Source: a virus
Taxonomy: Duplodnaviria; Heunggongvirae; Uroviricota; Caudoviricetes
IMG/VR virus record: IMGVR_UViG_2534681663_000017
Coordinates: 1-37,827 of that record
Direction: 5' to 3' (one strand)
Length of the DNA: 37,827 bases
The translations under genes and the position numbers were made by a program. The notes below the pieces were generated by a model, which ran no database searches, had not been told where the DNA came from, and was given only the letters and a program-made list of their open reading frames with translations. Numbering within the stretch: position 1 is the stretch's first letter; each line of letters starts with the position of its first letter. This document shows positions 1 through 8,915 of the stretch, one piece after another.

Positions 1-468
1 TTAATTTAATCGGCTACGATAAAAGTCTCTTGTTATGTTGCGATCGATGACTACTTCACAACGTGCTGAAGGTCTGTAACCCTCACGAGCCTTAATCCAT
101 GGTTCTTCTTTATGAGTCATATCTTCAAGTTGTGCGCCAGAAAAAGCACCGTAGACTTCAAGAACGCCATCAATATGAGCTGCGGTTGCGGCTGGAATGG
201 ATGAAAGATCAAACCCAGGAGTGCGATCTGCAATCGTTATGTCCGAATACAGTGATTTTGTAGAAGAGAACCGGTTATAAATCGCACGGCTTACTGGGCC
301 ATGAATCCAAGCTTGAAACTCCTCATCCACTAACTTTTTATCGAAAAAAGCTAGATACCAAGCATCTGCGTAATAAGCTAATTTTTGCAGCTTCAAATTA
401 GACATAGTTTCACCTGAAGCTAAGATTTTTGTGATGATGTAATCACATAATTGGTTAATATTTATCAT
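1..468 (-). CDS. Panacea-domain (DUF4065, GepA/SocA-like) phage-associated protein, putative antitoxin-type module
   Basis: 155-aa ORF; N-terminal region KLQKLAYYADAWYLAFF...FQAWIHGPV matches the conserved Panacea-domain pattern from memory; ATG at 468 preceded by GAGGGA Shine-Dalgarno on the minus strand; AT-rich. Confidence 0.55.
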   Translation of the reverse strand: MININQLCDYIITKILASGETMSNLKLQKLAYYADAWYLAFFDKKLVDEEFQAWIHGPVSRAIYNRFSSTKSLYSDITIADRTPGFDLSSIPAATAAHIDGVLEVYGAFSGAQLEDMTHKEEPWIKAREGYRPSARCEVVIDRNITRDFYRSRLN

Positions 469-633
469 TATTTATCCCTCTAGGCTTGGTGTCTAAGCAG
501 CCAATCTTATTAAAGATATCGACCGTTAGAAATCTTTGAATACCAAGTTAACTTATAGTGGCATACATAGCTGAATAAATCGAGATTCAAACGTGCTAAA
601 ATGTGATGAATATGGATGAGCAGTGCTTTCATT

Positions 634-1653
634 TTACGTAGTTACCATAGTTGCTAATGGATTAAAACGTAGCGCTGTTTCTAGGTGGTCAGGAGCCAGA
701 TGAGCATAGCGCATGGTCATTTTTATGTCGTGATGCCCAAGGATTTTCTGCAGAGCCAGGATGTTTCCGCCGGACATCATAAAGTGTGCTGCGAACGTAT
801 GACGCAGAACGTGTGTTAGCTGACCGCGTGGAAGCACAATAGAAGTCTTATCCATTACAGATAAAAACTGGAAGTAGCAGTCAGTGAAGAAATTGAAACC
901 GTCTAGGGCAATGATTTCCTCATACAGCTCTTTGCTAATCGGAATGCTTCGGTTCTTTTTGCCTTTGGTCCTGACGAATGTGATCCGGTATTTCGTAACC
1001 TGAGAACGGGTTAGGTTCACAGCTTCGCGCCAGCGTGCTCCGGTGCTCAGACAGATTTTAACGACAAGAGCGAGCAGGGGACTTTGGCGGTTGCAGTCGT
1101 ACAATAGCTCGGGAATTTGTTCATGCGTCAGCCAGGCCATCTCCTTTTCTGCGATGGTGAATTTTCGCATGTTCTCCAGTGGGTTCGGATACGACCATTC
1201 GCCCAGGCGGGATAGTTCGCTAAAAACACTACTTAGATAGCTTTGCTCCAGGTTAATGGTGACCGGGCTTGCTCCTTTCTTCCATTTCTCGCTGAAGTAG
1301 ATCTCGCCTGTCAGGCGTTTATCTCGATAGTGGGCAAACATTTTAGAGGTGAGATCAGTTGCAAGGGGATTGCCCAGAGCGTCAACCATCAGCAGCAATT
1401 TGTCATAGACATGCTGCCCAGCAGTCAGTGATTTACCATGTAGTTTGAACCATAGCTCAACCACGTCTTTTAGTGTTCGACGATCCACTGATTCACCTAG
1501 CCAGGGCTTTGCTTCGGTTTCTTCCATCGTGTGACGCTCAAAAGCCAGTGCTTCGCCTTTGGTGGCGAATTGTTTACGCACACGACGCCCACTACGTCCG
1601 GCGGGGTAACATTCGCAAAGCCATTTTCCTGTGGTGAGTTTTCGTACAGCCAT
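634..1653 (-). CDS. int: Tyrosine integrase, P2-type
   Basis: ORF track gives 391 aa but P2-family integrases begin MAVRKL...; this motif starts at ATG 1653 (340 aa). C-terminal catalytic region with HxxR...Y (LRHTFAAHFMMSGGNILALQKILGHHDIKMTMRYAHL). Confidence 0.9.
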   Translation of the reverse strand: MAVRKLTTGKWLCECYPAGRSGRRVRKQFATKGEALAFERHTMEETEAKPWLGESVDRRTLKDVVELWFKLHGKSLTAGQHVYDKLLLMVDALGNPLATDLTSKMFAHYRDKRLTGEIYFSEKWKKGASPVTINLEQSYLSSVFSELSRLGEWSYPNPLENMRKFTIAEKEMAWLTHEQIPELLYDCNRQSPLLALVVKICLSTGARWREAVNLTRSQVTKYRITFVRTKGKKNRSIPISKELYEEIIALDGFNFFTDCYFQFLSVMDKTSIVLPRGQLTHVLRHTFAAHFMMSGGNILALQKILGHHDIKMTMRYAHLAPDHLETALRFNPLATMVTT

Positions 1654-1841
1654 AAAAAATGCCCTCCAATAGAGAGCATTTTTACTGTATGTATAACCAG
1701 TGTCAATATATGAAATCCTGCGACCATACATCTCACTGAAGCCATAATGAAGTAGGCTATTCTTTTTGCTATGTGAGCATGTAACTTTTGCGGTTAACCT
1801 GTGGCTCATTTTTATTTTAGGCGCAGATATAAAAGCAAAAG

Positions 1842-2033
1842 TTATCGTGAGTTTTTAGTACAGATTTTTTTGGATTTACTAATAGTTCCATCATTGCAAA
1901 CGAATTTGCCATCTGAGGTACAGTGAGAAACACCTCCCTTTTTCCCTGAGCAGGGATAATTTCTAGCATAGGTAGCTAGTGGGTTTAATAACAAAGAACA
2001 TGACAAAACCACAAAAAATACCTTACCAAGCAT
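1842..2033 (-). CDS. Small secreted cysteine-containing protein (signal peptide plus about 40-aa mature part), hypothetical
   Basis: 63-aa ORF with N-terminal hydrophobic signal-like segment [23 protein letters not shown] followed by a Cys/Lys/Gly-rich segment; AT-rich; sits between int and cI. Confidence 0.35.
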   Translation of the reverse strand: MLGKVFFVVLSCSLLLNPLATYARNYPCSGKKGGVSHCTSDGKFVCNDGTISKSKKICTKNSR

Positions 2034-2048
2034 AATTTCCTCCCGGTA

Positions 2049-2618
2049 CTATTTAACATACTTGACTGTTAAACTTATAATTTTACCAATTATTTCAATG
2101 TCTTCTATCTTGCATTCGAAGGCTCTGTTTCCACCCTCGACGAAGATTCTTCCACCGGGTAAACGAGTAATGTCACGGATCGTTATTTCGCCATCAATAC
2201 TTATTACCCATTTACCATCACGTATATCATCAAATTCCTTATCACAAATAAATTCAGAATTATTATCTGTGATTACAAAAAGATTCTTGAATGCCGACGG
2301 TAGAAATTCTCTATCGAAAATATAAAAACCGTCTTCACACAAGGCCCCATCAGATAATACATATTTAGCAACTTCCATAGTATTTGTATTACCTGAAGTT
2401 TGCTTTGAACCATGCCCGGTTGTGAGCCAATTAAGCGAGGTGCCTGTTTCAAGGGCGCACTGGATTACCCATTCTGCTGGGAATGAGTCACGCATGTAGC
2501 GTGTGGCGAGTGTACTTTTAGAGATTCCTAAATGATCGCACAACGCCTGTCGAGTCTTGAATCCATATGCTTCTACCATGCGCTCTATAGCGCCTCGTCC
2601 GCCTTTCTCCAAATTCAT
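2049..2618 (-). CDS. cI: Immunity repressor, phage 186 CI-like
   Basis: N-terminal region ...ERMVEAYGF...CALETGTSLNWLTTGHG resembles 186 CI as recalled; likely start ATG 2618 (GGAG 5 nt upstream on minus strand) rather than the GTG at 2624 given by the ORF track; divergent from the lytic operon. Confidence 0.75.
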   Translation of the reverse strand: MNLEKGGRGAIERMVEAYGFKTRQALCDHLGISKSTLATRYMRDSFPAEWVIQCALETGTSLNWLTTGHGSKQTSGNTNTMEVAKYVLSDGALCEDGFYIFDREFLPSAFKNLFVITDNNSEFICDKEFDDIRDGKWVISIDGEITIRDITRLPGGRIFVEGGNRAFECKIEDIEIIGKIISLTVKYVK

Positions 2619-2643
2619 GGTCACTCCAAGTGAACTTTTATCT

Positions 2644-2672
2644 TGACGATTTCACTGTGCGATCGTATGTTT
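2644..2672 (+). promoter_or_regulatory. Candidate early lytic promoter (pR-like): -35 TTGACG, 17-nt spacer, -10 TATGTT
   Basis: TTGACG at 2644..2649 and TATGTT at 2667..2672 in the cI/apl intergenic switch region; GTGAAC/GTTCAC inverted hexamers at 2631..2636 and 2677..2682 flank it (possible operator half-sites). Confidence 0.35.
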
Positions 2673-2743
2673 ATGGTGTTCACAAAATACAAACGATCCG
2701 TATTCGTCCTGATTAATCATCATTAAACGAGGAATGTTGCATC

Positions 2744-2965
2744 ATGAGACCTAACATTTCAATCACTCTTACTACACCTCATGTGACTATTGAACGCTAT
2801 AGCGAGCTGACAGGGCTATCCATCGATACCATCAATGACATGTTGGCTGATGGACGCCTTATCCGTCACCGTCTGCGCAAAGATAAAAAACGCGAAAAAG
2901 TGATGATCAACATAGCAGCAATGACCGTTGATGCGCTTTCAGAATGCAATCTAAACCTTAATTAG
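2744..2965 (+). CDS. Apl/Cox-like excisionase and transcriptional regulator (first lytic-operon gene)
   Basis: 73-aa ORF directly divergent from cI, with HTH-like segment [24 protein letters not shown]; GAGGAATG upstream of ATG 2744; position equals apl (186) / cox (P2). Confidence 0.55.
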   Translation: MRPNISITLTTPHVTIERYSELTGLSIDTINDMLADGRLIRHRLRKDKKREKVMINIAAMTVDALSECNLNLN

Positions 2966-2997
2966 TTCGATTCTGAAATACATCAGAGGCATTGACC

Positions 2998-3507
2998 ATG
3001 TTTGATTACCAAGTTTCCAAACATCCACATTTTGATGAATCCTGTCGTGCATTCGCATTGCGCCACAACCTGGTGCAACTGGCAGAACGTGCTGGCATGA
3101 ATGTGCAGATTCTGCGGAACAAGTTGAACCCAGCTCAACCTCATTTATTAACCGCACCAGAAATCTGGCTGCTTACCGATCTGACTGAAGATTCAACGCT
3201 GGTAGATGGTTTTCTGGCTCAGATTCACTGCCTGCCATGCGTACCGATTAATGAGGTGGCAAAAGAGAAACTGCCACATTACGTCATGAGTGCAACCGCA
3301 GAGATCGGGCGTGTTGCTGCAGGTGCGGTATCTGGCGATGTAAAAACCAGTGCAGGTCGTCGTGATGCTATCAGCAGCATTAACTCTGTAACACGACTGA
3401 TGGCGTTGGCTGCTGTTTCATTGCAGGCCCGTTTACAGGCTAACCCTGCGATGGCGAGTGCAGTTGATACCGTGACTGGCCTCGGTGCTTCATTTGGTTT
3501 GCTGTGA
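2998..3507 (+). CDS. cII: CII-like lysogeny-establishment regulator (186 CII family)
   Basis: Translation from ATG 2998, [24 protein letters not shown]...[25 protein letters not shown]..., matches 186 CII as recalled (169 aa). Confidence 0.85.
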   Translation: MFDYQVSKHPHFDESCRAFALRHNLVQLAERAGMNVQILRNKLNPAQPHLLTAPEIWLLTDLTEDSTLVDGFLAQIHCLPCVPINEVAKEKLPHYVMSATAEIGRVAAGAVSGDVKTSAGRRDAISSINSVTRLMALAAVSLQARLQANPAMASAVDTVTGLGASFGLL

Positions 3508-3514
3508 GGTGCTT

Positions 3515-3811
3515 ATGCTGACGAAAGAACCATCATTTGCATCGCTGCTGGTAAAACAAAGCCCGGCAATGCACTACGGTCACGGCTGGATCACGGGTGA
3601 GGATGGAAAACGCTGGCATCCATGTCATTCACAAGATGAATTGCTGTCTGAATTGACCACGAGGAAACGGAGAAAGTCCAAATGTATGCGGCAGAAAGTG
3701 AAGTGGTTTATCAGTTTCGTTACAGAGGGGAGAGTTATTCAGTACCTGAAGATGATTTGCTCTGTTGCTATCCGTCATTGTCGGGCGATGGCAGTTACTT
3801 TTTCACGTTAA
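3515..3811 (+). CDS. Hypothetical early protein (N-terminal part plausible; 3' third overlaps next ORF out of frame)
   Basis: ATG 3515 with GAGGTG 4 nt upstream, overlapping the cII stop; the first ~55 codons look protein-like, the tail (CMRQKVKWFISF...) looks like out-of-frame read-through. Confidence 0.35.
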   Translation: MLTKEPSFASLLVKQSPAMHYGHGWITGEDGKRWHPCHSQDELLSELTTRKRRKSKCMRQKVKWFISFVTEGRVIQYLKMICSVAIRHCRAMAVTFSR

Positions 3812-3906
3812 AGGATGGGACGTTTTTACGGGGAGAGCAGGTTAAAGAGACGATACGAAAAAATGTATCTCCTCTTGAGCGTTACCGTAAGAACAAAGAA
3901 CGATAG
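3682..3906 (+). CDS. Hypothetical early protein (possibly the C-terminal part of a frameshifted gene with 3515..3811)
   Basis: 74-aa ORF with protein-like composition, GGAG 9 nt upstream of ATG 3682; overlaps the previous ORF by 130 nt in another frame. Confidence 0.4.
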   Translation: MYAAESEVVYQFRYRGESYSVPEDDLLCCYPSLSGDGSYFFTLKDGTFLRGEQVKETIRKNVSPLERYRKNKER

Positions 3907-3928
3907 CTGCGTTTGGGGGATATGAAGT

Positions 3929-4270
3929 ATGGCAATTAATGGCGCTGCAGCGACTGTTCCATTAAGCCCCGGTGAACGCCTGAATGGACTTAATCACATT
4001 GCGGAGTTAAGGGCGAAAGTGTTTGGCCTGAATATTGAGTCAGAGCTTGAGCGGTTTATTAAAGATATGCGTGATCCACGGGATATCAATAATGAACAAA
4101 ATAAACGGGCACTGGCTGCCATATTCTTTATGGCAAAAATTCCAGCTGAACGTCATAGCATCAGCATTAATGAGCTGACCACTGACGAAAAGCGGGAGTT
4201 GATTAAAGCAATGAATCATTTTCGTGCAGTGGTGAGCTTATTTCCCAGACGGCTAACCATGCCGAATTAA
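3929..4270 (+). CDS. Hypothetical phage early protein
   Basis: 113-aa ORF, GGGGGA 8 nt upstream of ATG 3929, co-oriented in the early operon. Confidence 0.55.
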   Translation: MAINGAAATVPLSPGERLNGLNHIAELRAKVFGLNIESELERFIKDMRDPRDINNEQNKRALAAIFFMAKIPAERHSISINELTTDEKRELIKAMNHFRAVVSLFPRRLTMPN

Positions 4271-4337
4271 CCAACTAATGAAATTAATGGCGTAAACCCG
4301 CCGGGCATCCCTTTATCTAAATTCAGGAGAATTGATT

Positions 4338-4571
4338 ATGCGTAATATTGAAACCCTCACGACTAAAACCGGACCGGATGACGCAGGGCTTAATATTTTA
4401 CTGACAGAGGCTCGTCTGGAAGAACGCCGGGCAAGGGCTGAAGCAATGGCTGCCCGCCTTGATAGTCTTGCGTGTCATATCACATCCCGCCAGCTAAACC
4501 ACGTCGAAGCGGCAGAACTGCTGCGTGTGACCGCTGAAGCAATCCAGAACGAAGCGCAGGAGATCCACTAA
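4338..4571 (+). CDS. Hypothetical phage early protein
   Basis: ORF track starts at TTG 4332; the ATG at 4338 has GGAG 9 nt upstream; stop overlaps next start (TAATG). Confidence 0.55.
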   Translation: MRNIETLTTKTGPDDAGLNILLTEARLEERRARAEAMAARLDSLACHITSRQLNHVEAAELLRVTAEAIQNEAQEIH

Positions 4572-4798
4572 TGGCTGATGCAATGGATCTCGTACAGCAG
4601 CGCGTTGAAGAAGAACGCCAGCGCCATATCCGTGCTGCCCGTGCCAAAACACCGGGCGTGTCTCGCGTGCTTTGTATTGAATGTGAAGCGCCAATTCCGC
4701 CAGCACGCCGCCGCGCCATTCCTGGAGTGCAGCTTTGCATTACCTGCCAGGAAATCGCAGAGCTGAAAGGCAAACATTACAACGGAGGGGCTGTATGA
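4571..4798 (+). CDS. TraR/DksA-family C4 zinc-finger protein
   Basis: 75 aa with CxxC...CxxC arrangement (CIECEAP...CITCQEIAE) typical of phage TraR/DksA-like zinc fingers; translationally coupled on both sides. Confidence 0.7.
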   Translation: MADAMDLVQQRVEEERQRHIRAARAKTPGVSRVLCIECEAPIPPARRRAIPGVQLCITCQEIAELKGKHYNGGAV

Positions 4799-5652
4799 GC
4801 ACCATCCTGAAATGGGCGGGTAATAAAACCGCCATTATGTCCGAACTGAAAAAATACCTTCCTGCTGGCCCGCGACTGGTTGAACCTTTCGCGGGTTCTT
4901 GTGCTGTGATGATGGCGACGGATTACCCCAGCTATCTGGTTGCGGATATTAATCCTGATTTAATCAACCTCTATAAAAAGATTGCCGCTGATTGCGAAGC
5001 GTTTATATCTCGTGCCAGAGTTTTATTTGAGGAAGCAAACAGTGAGCTGGCTTATTACAACATAAGACAGGAGTTTAATTACTCAACTGAAATTACTGAT
5101 TTCATGAAGGCGATATATTTCCTGTATCTCAATCGTCACGGTTACCGTGGTTTATGTCGCTATAACAAGAGCGGGCATTTCAACATTCCCTACGGTAATT
5201 ATAAAAATCCGTATTTCCCTGAAAAAGAAATTCGCGCATTTGCAGAGAAAGCCCCGCGGGCAACGTTTATCTGCGCCAGCTTTGATGAAACGCTGGCGAT
5301 GTTGAAGGCGGGGGATGTGGTGTATTGCGATCCGCCGTATGACGGTACGTTTTCCGGCTATCACACTGATGGTTTCACTGAAGATGACCAGTATCACCTG
5401 GCATCCGTTCTTGAACATCGGTCGTCAGAAGGTCATCCGGTCATTGTTTCTAACAGTGACACATCCCTGATTCGTTCGCTGTATCGCAATTTCACTCACC
5501 ACTACATCAAGGCAAAACGCAGCATCGGCGTGTCGGCTGGCGAGAGTAAATCTGCAACAGAAATCATTGCTGTTTCCGGGGCGCGCTGCTGGGTGGGATT
5601 TGATCCTTCGCGTGGCGTGGATAGTTCTGCTGTGTACGAGGTGCGTGTATGA
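4795..5652 (+). CDS. dam: DNA adenine methyltransferase (Dam-like, N6-adenine MTase)
   Basis: Starts [11 protein letters not shown] (ATG 4795, overlapping the previous stop as ATGA); contains FAGSCAV SAM-binding-like motif and catalytic DPPY (CDPPYDGTF). Confidence 0.85.
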   Translation: MSTILKWAGNKTAIMSELKKYLPAGPRLVEPFAGSCAVMMATDYPSYLVADINPDLINLYKKIAADCEAFISRARVLFEEANSELAYYNIRQEFNYSTEITDFMKAIYFLYLNRHGYRGLCRYNKSGHFNIPYGNYKNPYFPEKEIRAFAEKAPRATFICASFDETLAMLKAGDVVYCDPPYDGTFSGYHTDGFTEDDQYHLASVLEHRSSEGHPVIVSNSDTSLIRSLYRNFTHHYIKAKRSIGVSAGESKSATEIIAVSGARCWVGFDPSRGVDSSAVYEVRV

Positions 5653-8063
5653 GTCATGCCGATATGAGCGACTCTAGCGGCTTTAACGAGGCCGCTGCAG
5701 CATTTTCATGGAACGGCCCGAAAAAGGCCATAAACCCTTATCTGGACCCGGCGGAAGTTGCGCCGGTTTCTGCGCTTTCAAACCTGATCACTCTGTATGC
5801 TGCCGATAACGAGCAGGAACAGCTGCGCCGCGAGGAATTGAGTGAACAGGTCTGGGAGCGTTATTTCTTTAATGAATCCCGTGATCCTGTCCAGCGCGAA
5901 ATGGAGCAGGATAAGCTCATTAGTCGGGCAAAGCTGGCGCATGAGCAGCAGCGTTTTAACCCGGACATGGTCATTCTGGCGGACGTCAGCGCCCAGCCCA
6001 CCCACATCAGCAAGCCGCTGATGCAACGTATCGAATACTTCAGCAGCCTGGGCAGGCCAAAGGCTTATTCCCGCTATTTGCGTGAGACGATTAAGCCATG
6101 TCTGGAGCGACTGGATTGTGTACGCGACAGTCAGCTATCTACTTCTTTCCGTTTTATGGCAAGCCATCAAGGGCTGGAGGGCCTGCTGATCCTGCCTGAA
6201 ATGAGTCAGGATCAGGTGAAACGCCTGTCCACCCTGGTAGCTGCGCATATGAGCATGTGTCTTGAGGCCGCTTGTGGTGATTTGTATACCAACGATGACG
6301 TAAAGCCAGAAGAAATCCGCAAGACATGGGAAAAGGTGGCAGCGGAAACCCTGCGTCTGGATGTTATCCCGCCTGCGTTTGAGAAACTTCGTCGGAAAAG
6401 AAACCGCCGCAAACCTGTGCCCTATGAACTCATACCGGGTTCGCTGGCACGTATGCTTTGCGCCGACTGGTGGTATCGAAAATTGTGGAAGATGCGTTGC
6501 GAATGGCGGGAAGAGCAGTTGCGTGCTGTCTGTCTGGTCAGCAAAAAAGCATCTCCCTATGTCAGCTATGAAGCCGTGATGCATAAACGTGAGCAGCGCC
6601 GCAAGTCGCTGGAGTTTTTCCGTTCTCATGAACTGGTGAACGAAGACGGAGACACGCTGGATATGGAAGATGTGGTAAACGCCAGCAGCAGCAACCCGGC
6701 ACATCGCCGCAATGAGATGATGGCCTGCGTTAAAGGTCTGGAGCTTATCGCGGAAATGCGCGGTGACTGCGCCGTTTTCTACACCATCACATGTCCGTCA
6801 CGTTTCCATTCCACGCTCAATAACGGCAGGCCCAACCCGACCTGGACAAATGCGACGGTAAGACAAAGCAGCGATTATCTGGTCGGCATGTTTGCTGCAT
6901 TTCGTAAGGCGATGCACAAAACCGGGTTGCGCTGGTATGGCGTACGGGTGGCTGAGCCGCACCATGACGGTACTGTGCACTGGCATCTCATGTGTTTCAT
7001 GCGCAAAAAAGACCGCCGCGCCATTACTGCATTGTTGCGTAAGTTTGCCATCCGTGAAGACCGCGAGGAGCTGGGCAATAACACGGGCCCACGCTTTAAG
7101 TCTGAGCTGATAAACCCACGCAAAGGAACGCCGACAAGCTACATCGCAAAATACATCAGTAAGAACATTGACGGGCGTGGTCTGGCTGGCGAGATCAGCA
7201 AGGAAACGGGTAAATCCCTGCGTGATAACGCCGAATACGTTAATGCCTGGGCGTCTCTGCATCGTGTTCAGCAGTTCCGCTTCTTTGGTATTCCGGGGCG
7301 CCAGGCTTACCGTGAACTGCGATTGCTGGCTGGTCAGGCGGCAAGACAACAGGGTGACAAAAAAGCAGGTGCGCCGGTACTGGATGATCCGCGTCTTGAT
7401 GCCATCCTGGCTGCTGCTGATGCTGGTTGTTTTGCCACCTACATCATGAAGCAGGGCGGCGTACTGGTTCCCCGCAAATATCACCTTATCAGAACAGCTT
7501 ATGAAATTAACGAAGAGCCGACTGCCTATGGCGATCACGGTATTCGTATTTATGGCATCTGGTCACCCATTTCAGAGGGCAAGATCTGCACTCATGCAGT
7601 GAAGTGGAAAATGGTTCGTAAGGCCGTTGACGTTCAGGAGGCGGTAGCCGACCAGGGCGCTTGCGCCCCTTGGACTCGTGGCAATAACTGTCCCCTTGCT
7701 GAAAATTTGTACCAACAAGGGAAAGACAAATCAGCTGATGGGGGCTCCAGAACGGACATTACCCGCATGGATGACAAGGAATTGCACGATTACCTGCACA
7801 GTATGAGCAAAAAAGATCGCCGGGAGCTGGCAGCAAGGTTGCGCTTGGTGAAACCGAAACGGCGTAAAGACTACAAACAGCGAATTACAGATCATCAGCA
7901 TCAGCAGCTCGTCTATGAACTGAAGTCCAGAGGATTTGATGGCAGCGAGAAAGAAGTCGATTTGCTCCTTCGCGGTGGCAGTATTCCGTCAGGAGCAGGC
8001 TTGCGTATCTTCTATCGGAACCAGCGTTTGCGGGAAGATGATAAGTGGCGGAACCTGTATTAA
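5649..8063 (+). CDS. A: Replication initiation endonuclease, P2 gpA family (rolling-circle initiator)
   Basis: 804-aa ORF; HUH-like metal motif [11 protein letters not shown] and paired-tyrosine region YIAKYISKN, as recalled for P2 A; start overlaps dam stop (ATGA). Confidence 0.9.
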   Translation: MSHADMSDSSGFNEAAAAFSWNGPKKAINPYLDPAEVAPVSALSNLITLYAADNEQEQLRREELSEQVWERYFFNESRDPVQREMEQDKLISRAKLAHEQQRFNPDMVILADVSAQPTHISKPLMQRIEYFSSLGRPKAYSRYLRETIKPCLERLDCVRDSQLSTSFRFMASHQGLEGLLILPEMSQDQVKRLSTLVAAHMSMCLEAACGDLYTNDDVKPEEIRKTWEKVAAETLRLDVIPPAFEKLRRKRNRRKPVPYELIPGSLARMLCADWWYRKLWKMRCEWREEQLRAVCLVSKKASPYVSYEAVMHKREQRRKSLEFFRSHELVNEDGDTLDMEDVVNASSSNPAHRRNEMMACVKGLELIAEMRGDCAVFYTITCPSRFHSTLNNGRPNPTWTNATVRQSSDYLVGMFAAFRKAMHKTGLRWYGVRVAEPHHDGTVHWHLMCFMRKKDRRAITALLRKFAIREDREELGNNTGPRFKSELINPRKGTPTSYIAKYISKNIDGRGLAGEISKETGKSLRDNAEYVNAWASLHRVQQFRFFGIPGRQAYRELRLLAGQAARQQGDKKAGAPVLDDPRLDAILAAADAGCFATYIMKQGGVLVPRKYHLIRTAYEINEEPTAYGDHGIRIYGIWSPISEGKICTHAVKWKMVRKAVDVQEAVADQGACAPWTRGNNCPLAENLYQQGKDKSADGGSRTDITRMDDKELHDYLHSMSKKDRRELAARLRLVKPKRRKDYKQRITDHQHQQLVYELKSRGFDGSEKEVDLLLRGGSIPSGAGLRIFYRNQRLREDDKWRNLY

Positions 8064-8158
8064 TTACGCGGGTTAACAATTCGTGCTCTTAATAATACCA
8101 GGCATATCAGGCTGATGAACGTAAAAAAACGTTTTACATCAGTAAGATTATTATATAC

Positions 8159-8174
8159 TGTAAATATAAACAGT
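8159..8174. promoter_or_regulatory. LexA (SOS) box CTGT-N8-ACAG
   Basis: CTGTAAATATAAACAG (flanks TACTGT...ACAGTG) matches the E. coli LexA operator consensus; lies 43 bp upstream of the small ORF/DinI-like operon. Confidence 0.6.
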
Positions 8175-8216
8175 GGTTATGTATACAGCATTTCTTGTGG
8201 TGTCATAGGAGGAAAG

Positions 8217-8405
8217 ATGCAGGACTATTTTTTGGAGTCTTTGAAGCTCCAGCGCATTGATTTTTTTCTTAAGCTTGTAGCGGCTAGTGAGTGTAGTGAT
8301 GAAGAGAAGGGGCTGGCTTTGCAGTGGGGTTCTGAACTAACAGATGAACTCATGGCAAAAATCAGAACCCACGAATACAACCGCTCAATGGATGTCATCA
8401 GTTGA
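8217..8405 (+). CDS. Small hypothetical protein, first gene of LexA-box operon (possible N-terminal part of a Tum-like antirepressor)
   Basis: 62-aa ORF from ATG 8217 with AGGAGG 3 nt upstream; ends 10 bp before the DinI-like gene. Confidence 0.4.
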   Translation: MQDYFLESLKLQRIDFFLKLVAASECSDEEKGLALQWGSELTDELMAKIRTHEYNRSMDVIS

Positions 8406-8415
8406 GGTGACTTTT

Positions 8416-8649
8416 ATGCGCATTGAAATAATGATCGATAAAGAGCAGAAGATTAGCCAGTCTATCCTGGACGCCCTTGAATCCGAGCTTTACCGCAATC
8501 TGCGCCCCCTGTATCCCAAAACGGTAATTCGTATCCGCAAAGGTAGCTCTAACGGTGTGGAACTGACCGGACTGCAACTGGACGAAGAAAGAAAACAAGT
8601 GATGAAAATTATGCAGAAGGTGTGGGAAGACGACAGCTGGCTGCATTAA
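8416..8649 (+). CDS. DinI-family protein (Tum C-terminal-domain-like)
   Basis: MRIEIMIDKEQ...ILQKVWEDDSW aligns by eye with E. coli DinI (MRIEVTIAK...ILQETWESADDW); GAGGTGA upstream of ATG 8416. Confidence 0.75.
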   Translation: MRIEIMIDKEQKISQSILDALESELYRNLRPLYPKTVIRIRKGSSNGVELTGLQLDEERKQVMKIMQKVWEDDSWLH

Positions 8650-8651
8650 GA

Positions 8652-8694
8652 AACGTTGCTGGCGTCTGAACTTGCTTCTGACGTCAGCAACGTT
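8652..8694 (+). terminator. Hairpin after DinI-like gene (15-bp stem, one mismatch)
   Basis: AACGTTGCTGGCGTC ... GACGTCAGCAACGTT inverted repeat immediately after the stop; no strong T-tract, so terminator function is uncertain. Confidence 0.3.
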
Positions 8695-8915
8695 GAACAA
8701 CTAGTTTAGTGGGGCATTAGTCATGGGGTAAAATACAGTAACCATTATTTTCACTTCCGCTCAGATTTAACCGAACGTTAGTTTTGCTACGTATGATGGG
8801 CTGCAAATTACCTTTTGGGATTTGTGATAGATACGAAAATCCTATTAGATGCTTGTTAGACCGGAAGCGCCACTTCGAACGAAAAGTAATGGCCACTTAT
8901 GCCGGTTTAAAAGCC

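Noticed and set aside
469-633. Possible attL core repeat shared with 34973..35207
   Set aside because: The only shared string found by eye is about 8 to 9 bp (CAGTGCTT), too short to call an att core without a computed alignment.
1654-1686. Imperfect hairpin flanked by A- and T-tracts just upstream of the int start
   Set aside because: The stem has mismatches and the function is unclear (attenuator between cI and int, or part of the recombination region); not enough support to annotate as a terminator.
6135-7538. Minus-strand ORFs of 189 and 246 aa inside gene A
   Set aside because: Antisense to the replication initiator gene, whose HUH and tyrosine motifs support the plus-strand frame; no independent start signals.
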